From NCBI GenBank assembly GCA_023898625.1, contig CP060231.1, positions 84,258 to 148,257 of the forward strand: a DNA stretch of 64,000 nucleotides, given 5' to 3'. The stretch is from Candidatus Nomurabacteria bacterium (GTDB lineage: Bacteria > Patescibacteriota > Saccharimonadia > Saccharimonadales > JAGQNJ01). Under the pieces are notes generated by a model. That model did no database searches, had not been told where the DNA came from, and worked only from the letters and a program-made list of their open reading frames with translations. Both the position numbers and the translations under genes were made by a program. Below, piece by piece: positions 59,267-64,000 of this stretch; position 1 is the stretch's first letter; each line of letters opens with the position of its first letter.

Positions 59267-59296
59267 ATGCCTCGCTTTGTGGCCATATTTAATTTT

Positions 59297-61015
59297 TTAC
59301 AAGAGACAGCGAACCCCAATACCGAAAGCCCGATCGACGACGTGGCCAGGAAGAACGAAGCCAGAAAAGAAGACCGCGAGGAAAGCGTTATCCGCAGTAT
59401 CCGGGAAAGCCGAACTTGACCACAGGCCGCCGCCGCCGCCCTGGTCGCCGAAGCCCCCATTCCAGAGGCCAGCAAATTGTCCTTTAAATGGGCCGTTAGG
59501 TTGCCAGTTTTGGTAATGTTCCCCGTAATTGCTTAAGTAGGTGGGGTCTTGGCCATTTGGGAAACCTGCCATTTTAGCGCTTAGTTCGTTGAATTCGTTG
59601 GTTGAGAGGGGTATGCCTGTGTTAGTATCTATTCCACCGATTGGTAGTCTCCAGTTTTTAGGGCAGATGGAGTGTGGGGCATTGCCGGCATTCTCATCGT
59701 GGGAGGTCCTGGATTCTCCTGCGGTTACAGCTGGCCAATTGTAGAGGTTGCCGTAGTCATCTGAGTTAGTTACTTCGGCGGTAGAAATACCGGGTCCATC
59801 GTTTTGGACTAAGTTAGATGTGTCTATAGTGATGTTCCAGCTGTTATCTAGGGTTGACCAGGTAAATGCAGTGGTACCGTTGCCATCAAGTTGGCTAGAA
59901 CGGCTGGTGGTTACGGTTTGGCCTACGGCTGTAGTTAGGGCTGTAGCTACTGTATCGCCGTCAACATCATACGGAAATGGGCCAACGGTGGTAGAGATTG
60001 GAGTGGATATATTTAGGCTCCAGGTGCCACTGGTTGAATGTTCCCAGCCACTTGTGACTCTGAGTGCGGTTGGTATGTTGTAGGCTTCTGGGGTGTCGAA
60101 GCTAGCGTGTGATGAGTCAGAGCCAGAGTAGAGTTGTGGCAGGGTGAAGTTACTAGTTATGTCTGTGTCTTGGGGTGTAAGTAGAGTTGTACCTGAATTT
60201 GAACCTAGTTTTAGGTTGTTGAGCATCCAACAGTTGTTGTCGGCTAGTTTGGCTACTTGGTAGGTTTGGTTGTCTCCCCTAGCGTCTGTTAGGGTTAGGA
60301 TAGCTTCGTTGTTAGAGCCATCATAGATTGTCATGTTATCTTGGCAATAGGATGATGTTAGCTCTTGCATGGTGGTTGGAGCTGGTGGAATTATTGATGG
60401 GTTGTCGGTAGCATTATAGGTTAGTTGTAATTGTTTGGTGCCAGCTGTTACTGTGTCGTCTATGGTGAAGTATAGGGTGGCTTCTGTTGTGTCATTACTG
60501 GTTGCTGAACTGGTGGTTTTTAGAGTTAGCGGAGTGGCGTTTGGAACTAGGGTGGTATTGGTGGCTATTTCTCCGCCTTTTATGCCAATAGCTATGCCTG
60601 GTTCAGTTGATTGGAGTTGGGCGGTTAGGGTGTACCCACTTGAGTTGACTGTGCCGGTGGTTAGGTTTGTGGTGGAGTTTACCGATCCGCCACCATTAGG
60701 GATAGTTACATTAATGTTGTTTTGGCCGGTGCCAAGAGTTAGGGTTGGGGTGGCTTGGGCAAAGTGAGAGTTAATAGTTAGGCCAACTACGGCTAATGAA
60801 AGAGCCAAGAAAACACCTAAACTACGAGTTTTTAGTTTATAACGAGAGCCTAAACGGCGAGAAGTTAAGTACCAAGTAAGTAAGCTTAGGGTAATTAAAA
60901 TAATGGCAATGATTGGTAGTAGTTTGATTTGCGAGCCAGTATTAGCTAAGTTTCCGTTAGCTGGGGTATTGCCTACTACTATATTAAGAGTTTGAGTTAT
61001 GGTTTGATTTTGCAT
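59297..61015 (-). CDS. DGR target protein: secreted Thr/Asn-rich beta-rich region + C-terminal FISUMP-like (Fibrobacter succinogenes major paralogous domain) C-type-lectin-fold domain carrying the VR
   Basis: 572 aa. Internal Sec signal-like segment KLKTRSLGVFLALSLAVVGLTINSHFAQA. FISUMP-like landmarks are CWMLNNLKLGS, LYNWPAV, CPKNWRLP, GLWSSSA and GIGVRC. The last ~58 codons are the VR. Confidence 0.85.
   Translation of the reverse strand: MQNQTITQTLNIVVGNTPANGNLANTGSQIKLLPIIAIILITLSLLTWYLTSRRLGSRYKLKTRSLGVFLALSLAVVGLTINSHFAQATPTLTLGTGQNNINVTIPNGGGSVNSTTNLTTGTVNSSGYTLTAQLQSTEPGIAIGIKGGEIATNTTLVPNATPLTLKTTSSATSNDTTEATLYFTIDDTVTAGTKQLQLTYNATDNPSIIPPAPTTMQELTSSYCQDNMTIYDGSNNEAILTLTDARGDNQTYQVAKLADNNCWMLNNLKLGSNSGTTLLTPQDTDITSNFTLPQLYSGSDSSHASFDTPEAYNIPTALRVTSGWEHSTSGTWSLNISTPISTTVGPFPYDVDGDTVATALTTAVGQTVTTSRSSQLDGNGTTAFTWSTLDNSWNITIDTSNLVQNDGPGISTAEVTNSDDYGNLYNWPAVTAGESRTSHDENAGNAPHSICPKNWRLPIGGIDTNTGIPLSTNEFNELSAKMAGFPNGQDPTYLSNYGEHYQNWQPNGPFKGQFAGLWNGGFGDQGGGGGLWSSSAFPDTADNAFLAVFFSGFVLPGHVVDRAFGIGVRCLL
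59301..59476 (-). repeat. DGR variable repeat (VR) at the 3' end of the target gene
   Basis: The counterpart of TR. 18 codons differ, mostly TR Asn/Asp/Glu codons changed to L, V, F, G, H or D. Confidence 0.92.
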
Positions 61016-61105
61016 GGATTAATTCTAGCTCCTACAATATTAGTTAGATTATTAATGTTACCTTGTAGGGCTTTTTATAGTTATAACCTTTTTGGCACCT
61101 ACCAA

Positions 61106-61234
61106 ACAGCTATTACAGCTATTACAGCTATTACAGCTATTACAGCTATTACAGCTATTACAGCTATTACAGCTATTACAGCTATTACAGCTATTACAGC
61201 TATTACAGCTATTACAGCTATTACAGCTATTACA
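61106..61234. repeat. Perfect 9-bp tandem repeat (acagctatt) x 14.3 in the region upstream of the DGR target gene
   Basis: Counted manually: units start at 61106 + 9k for k = 0..13, then a partial aca. The array ends about 90 bp upstream of the target ATG (61015). Confidence 0.95.
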
Positions 61235-61288
61235 ATAAGCTTATGGCAATAGTAGTAGCCTGTCAAGAGTAATGCACTTGCTCACCAC

Positions 61289-61313
61289 TTTATAGAGGAC
61301 AGTCCTCTATAAA
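61289..61313. promoter_or_regulatory. 25-bp perfect palindrome (operator-like site or U-tract-less terminator downstream of rplU)
   Basis: tttatagaggac-a-gtcctctataaa, read directly. It lies 130 nt downstream of the rplU stop and upstream of the 9-bp repeat array. Confidence 0.35.
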
Positions 61314-61443
61314 ATAATTTTTCCTGGAACTCATCAGATGCCATTCTTTCATGGACAGTTTCATGCTCAGGTCTTTTATTCATATAGTTATCATTATACC
61401 ATATTCTAGACTTGTTTACAATAGACTATTAAATACAGTTTTT

Positions 61444-61755
61444 TTATTTGGCTGTTATTTTGTCAATTAAAAGTTTAGTCAAGATTTGGCGATGACCACG
61501 AACTTTCTTGACCCGTTTTTTAGCTTTATAGCGGATTGAGGTTACTTTATCGGCTTTAGTTTCTTCAACGATTTTTGCAGTAACTTTTGCACCATCAACT
61601 TCTGGTTGACCAATAATTGTCTTGTCTCCGTCTATAATTAATAGTGGTGTAAAGCTTATATTTGCCTTTTCATTTTTAATACGCTCTACTTCTAGAGTTT
61701 CGCCTTCAGTTACGATATATTGTTTGCCGCCGGTGGCGATTACTGCTTTTTTCAT
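61444..61755 (-). CDS. rplU: 50S ribosomal protein L21
   Basis: 103 aa. AVIATGGKQYIVTEGETLEVE signature. Confidence 0.95.
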   Translation of the reverse strand: MKKAVIATGGKQYIVTEGETLEVERIKNEKANISFTPLLIIDGDKTIIGQPEVDGAKVTAKIVEETKADKVTSIRYKAKKRVKKVRGHRQILTKLLIDKITAK

Positions 61756-61847
61756 TAATTTACTTCTACCTTTTTTATAATTTACTAAACAAGTTTAACA
61801 GATATGTTGTAACCTGTAAACCCCTTAAAGTTTTTGATAGTTATTTA

Positions 61848-64000
61848 TTAATTTATTTCAATTATCAGTTTGTACTGTTCAATCTTAACCGGTAACAAGC
61901 TTTTATTTGTTGGGTCTTTTATTGTTAATTTATTTGCTAGAGTTTCTTCAGAAATTTGCTGTTTGTAGCTTTTGATTGCACTGATGAGATCATCGTCTTC
62001 TGTTGAAAGCAGTAGATTTATCTTTGCATCAACTTTTAAGTCTTTTACCTTGCGGGCGTTTTGAACTTGCCTTATGACTTCTCTGGCTAAGCCCTCGCTT
62101 TTTAGCTCAGTTGTTATTTCTAGGTCTAAATTAAATTCACCTTTTTTTACTTCTTTAACATTCAATTCTTCTTTTAAAATTTCATTAAAATCAAACACTT
62201 TGCCGTTTTCAGGTATTGTGACTGTTTGCAGTGGTTGCCTCACTTTTATTTGATTTTTAGCCCGCAAGCTTAAGCCCTCGTTCACATATGTTCGTAAATT
62301 ATGCATATCGTCCACCACTTGTTCATTTATTTGCCCAACCTTTGGCCAGTCAAGTAAATGTACAGATTCACCGCCTGTTAATTTTTGATACAGTTCCTCT
62401 GCTAAAAACGGTGTAAACGGAGCTAAAATCATACTTAACTGCACTAATACATAGTGTAATGTGCGATAAGCGTCGTTCTTATCCTCATCATCACCACTTT
62501 TCCAAAACCGGCGTCGGCTCCGGCGGACATACCAATTAGATGCATCATCAATAAACGGCAAAATTAGTCTTGTTGCATCGGCTAACTGATACTTACTCAT
62601 ATTTTGACCAACTTCTTTAATAAGCTGATGTACCCGGCTTATAATCCATATATCCAAAGGATTATTAAGTTTTTTAATGTCTACTTCAACCGGAAACAAC
62701 TTCTCAGTTCCGATATGAAACGAGAAGTCAGGAGTACCGGATTGAGCGGTATTTGACATACCGTGAAAGAGGAACGCATCTGACGACGAAGCATCATACG
62801 GAAATGTGAAGTTGTCTACCTCGGCATACATTGTGAAAAAGTCGTACATATTCCAAACCATACCAAGTTTACGCGCAACATCATTTAGGTCTTTATCTTG
62901 AAGCACAAAGTTGTCTCCACTGGTTAATGGACTTGTCATCAATGTAAAACGATAAGCGTCTGCTGAAACTTTATCCATAAGCTCAACTGGATCAGTATAG
63001 TTTTTATGTTTTTTACTCAACTTCCTACCATCCGACGCCATTACAAAACCGGTACAAATTAAGTTTTTATATGGCGACTTGCCAAACAAAGCTACATTTA
63101 CAGCTGTTAGGCTATAAAACCAGCCTCTAGTTTGATCAATCGCTTCGGTGATAAAATCAGCCGGAAAACCGTCTTCAAACTGCTGCTTATTTTCAAACGG
63201 ATAATGAAACTGTGCAAATGGCATAGATCCACTCTCAAACCAACAATCTAGCACTTTCCCAATATGACGCATCTGCACACCATCGCACTCAAAAGTTACG
63301 TCCATAACCATTGGCAAGTGGTAATCGTTCAGTTTTTTACCGGTTTCTTTTGCAAACTCCTCATAACTACCAAAAACTCGTACTACCTCCGTTCCATCAG
63401 TGCGTACACCCTTCCAAACCGGAATTGGCGTTGCCCAATAACGATCACGGCTAAGGTTCCAATCTGGTGCAGATTCTATGATGTTATGGAACCTACCTTC
63501 TTGCAGCACTTTTGGCACCCATCTTGTTTTATCGGTTGCACTTAACATTTCATGCTTTTGAGCTTGAATATCCATAAACCAGCTGGGGTGGGCACGGTAC
63601 ATCAGCTTTGTGCCACACCTATGGCAGTGCGGGTAGTCGTGCTGGATATACTCTACTTTGAGGGCTTTCTCCTCTGCTACCAGTGTTTTTGCTATCTCTT
63701 TATTTACTTCCCATATATTTTTGCCAAGCCAACGCCCTTCGGTGTAATGACCGTTTTCGTCAACAATAGACACAATCGGAATACCAGCTTTTTTGCAAAG
63801 CTCGTAGTCTTCCTCGCCATAAGCTGGTGCTTCATGAACAATTCCCGTGCCGTCTTCGGCTGTAACAAAATCGGCTTCTAAAACAATATGGGCCTCTGGG
63901 CCGCGGTTTTCAAACAGCGGACTGTATTTTAGACCAATTAACTCTTTGCCCAACACTGTTTTTAATACTTTAAAATCTAGTAGTTGATGCTTTTTATCTG
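61848..64000 (-). CDS. ileS: Isoleucine--tRNA ligase, C-terminal ~717 aa (5' end beyond the right window edge)
   Basis: The reading frame stays open to position 64000 upstream of the track's GTG. It has CP1/editing and catalytic regions, a KMSKS-type loop (KLSKKHKNY), DWNLSRDRYWATPIPVW, and an anticodon-binding domain. Confidence 0.93.
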   Translation of the reverse strand, partial: DKKHQLLDFKVLKTVLGKELIGLKYSPLFENRGPEAHIVLEADFVTAEDGTGIVHEAPAYGEEDYELCKKAGIPIVSIVDENGHYTEGRWLGKNIWEVNKEIAKTLVAEEKALKVEYIQHDYPHCHRCGTKLMYRAHPSWFMDIQAQKHEMLSATDKTRWVPKVLQEGRFHNIIESAPDWNLSRDRYWATPIPVWKGVRTDGTEVVRVFGSYEEFAKETGKKLNDYHLPMVMDVTFECDGVQMRHIGKVLDCWFESGSMPFAQFHYPFENKQQFEDGFPADFITEAIDQTRGWFYSLTAVNVALFGKSPYKNLICTGFVMASDGRKLSKKHKNYTDPVELMDKVSADAYRFTLMTSPLTSGDNFVLQDKDLNDVARKLGMVWNMYDFFTMYAEVDNFTFPYDASSSDAFLFHGMSNTAQSGTPDFSFHIGTEKLFPVEVDIKKLNNPLDIWIISRVHQLIKEVGQNMSKYQLADATRLILPFIDDASNWYVRRSRRRFWKSGDDEDKNDAYRTLHYVLVQLSMILAPFTPFLAEELYQKLTGGESVHLLDWPKVGQINEQVVDDMHNLRTYVNEGLSLRAKNQIKVRQPLQTVTIPENGKVFDFNEILKEELNVKEVKKGEFNLDLEITTELKSEGLAREVIRQVQNARKVKDLKVDAKINLLLSTEDDDLISAIKSYKQQISEETLANKLTIKDPTNKSLLPVKIEQYKLIIEIN

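Noticed and set aside
59242-59744. Track ORFs 59242-59475 (-), 59277-59516 (+) and 59541-59744 (+) around the VR.
   Set aside because: They lie wholly inside or antisense to the 572-aa target gene and its downstream hairpin. They are low-complexity Ala/Pro/Arg translations of GC-rich VR sequence.
61106-61234. Possible CRISPR array.
   Set aside because: The units are contiguous 9-bp repeats with no spacers, so this is a simple tandem repeat.
60992-61252. 86-aa ORF with an (AIT)n repeat.
   Set aside because: It is an artefact of translating the 9-bp tandem DNA repeat on the plus strand. It has no start context and overlaps the start of the target gene on the opposite strand.
692-63881. The many 60-150-aa track ORFs lying antisense to or out of frame within long conserved genes. 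Examples are 692-880, 934-1164, 10148-10504, 19753-19941, 24897-25259, 25263-25646, 28657-28983, 30895-31290, 48098-48544, 57206-57520, 60435-60767 and 63552-63881.
   Set aside because: Each is fully nested in a longer ORF with clear family motifs on the other strand or frame. They show biased low-complexity composition and are treated as shadow ORFs.
1-64000. tRNA, rRNA, tmRNA or riboswitch genes in the intergenic gaps (for example 38717-38900, 45738-45919, 47383-47883, 48607-49194, 61016-61443).
   Set aside because: I saw no T-loop/acceptor-stem pattern (GGTTCGAATCC-like) or conserved rRNA stretch by eye. This is not a substitute for tRNAscan-SE or Infernal, which should be run.

Overview
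This is a low-GC, tightly packed bacterial window with about 85% of genes on the minus strand. The gene content points to an ultra-small-genome lineage (Candidate Phyla Radiation/Patescibacteria, most likely Saccharibacteria-like); that placement is inference from content, not a search. Supporting content: one-subunit GlyRS, short ProRS, L31 type B, sortase, both RF1 and RF2 (so standard code), and many membrane-anchored hypotheticals. Most of the window is housekeeping: glyQS, recO, xseAB, rpmA, pyrG, ftsEX, prfB, secA, hpf, serS, lysS, greA, proS, rseP, uppS, frr, tsf, rpsB, rpmE2, prfA, prmC, htrA, lepB, parAB, rplU, ileS.

The stand-out element is a complete diversity-generating retroelement (DGR) at about 57.66-61.0 kb:
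- A DGR-type reverse transcriptase.
- A 176-bp template repeat (TR).
- A matching variable repeat (VR) at the 3' end of a secreted lectin-fold (FISUMP-like) protein gene.
- All 28 TR/VR mismatches fall at TR adenines on the coding strand.
- The layout is unusual (VR-RT-TR, no Avd-like ORF).
- It is decorated by a G11 tract, two hairpins, and a 14-copy 9-bp tandem repeat in the target gene's upstream region.

Other observations worth follow-up:
- A heliorhodopsin-like 7-TM protein lacking the Schiff-base lysine.
- A circularly permuted M23 peptidase domain in one of two paralogous coiled-coil hydrolases downstream of ftsEX.
- A 1.7-kb insertion flanked by perfect 66-bp direct repeats that duplicates the 3' end of prfA.
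- A block of unknown ORFs at 4-9 kb that includes a CYTH-domain three-gene operon and a DUF4868/KwaB-like gene.
- A frameshifted Fic gene.
- A histidine-kinase/receiver pair with both phospho-sites replaced by Glu.

I recognised no rRNA, tRNA or CRISPR array by eye. All homology statements come from motif recognition and memory of family signatures, not from database searches.
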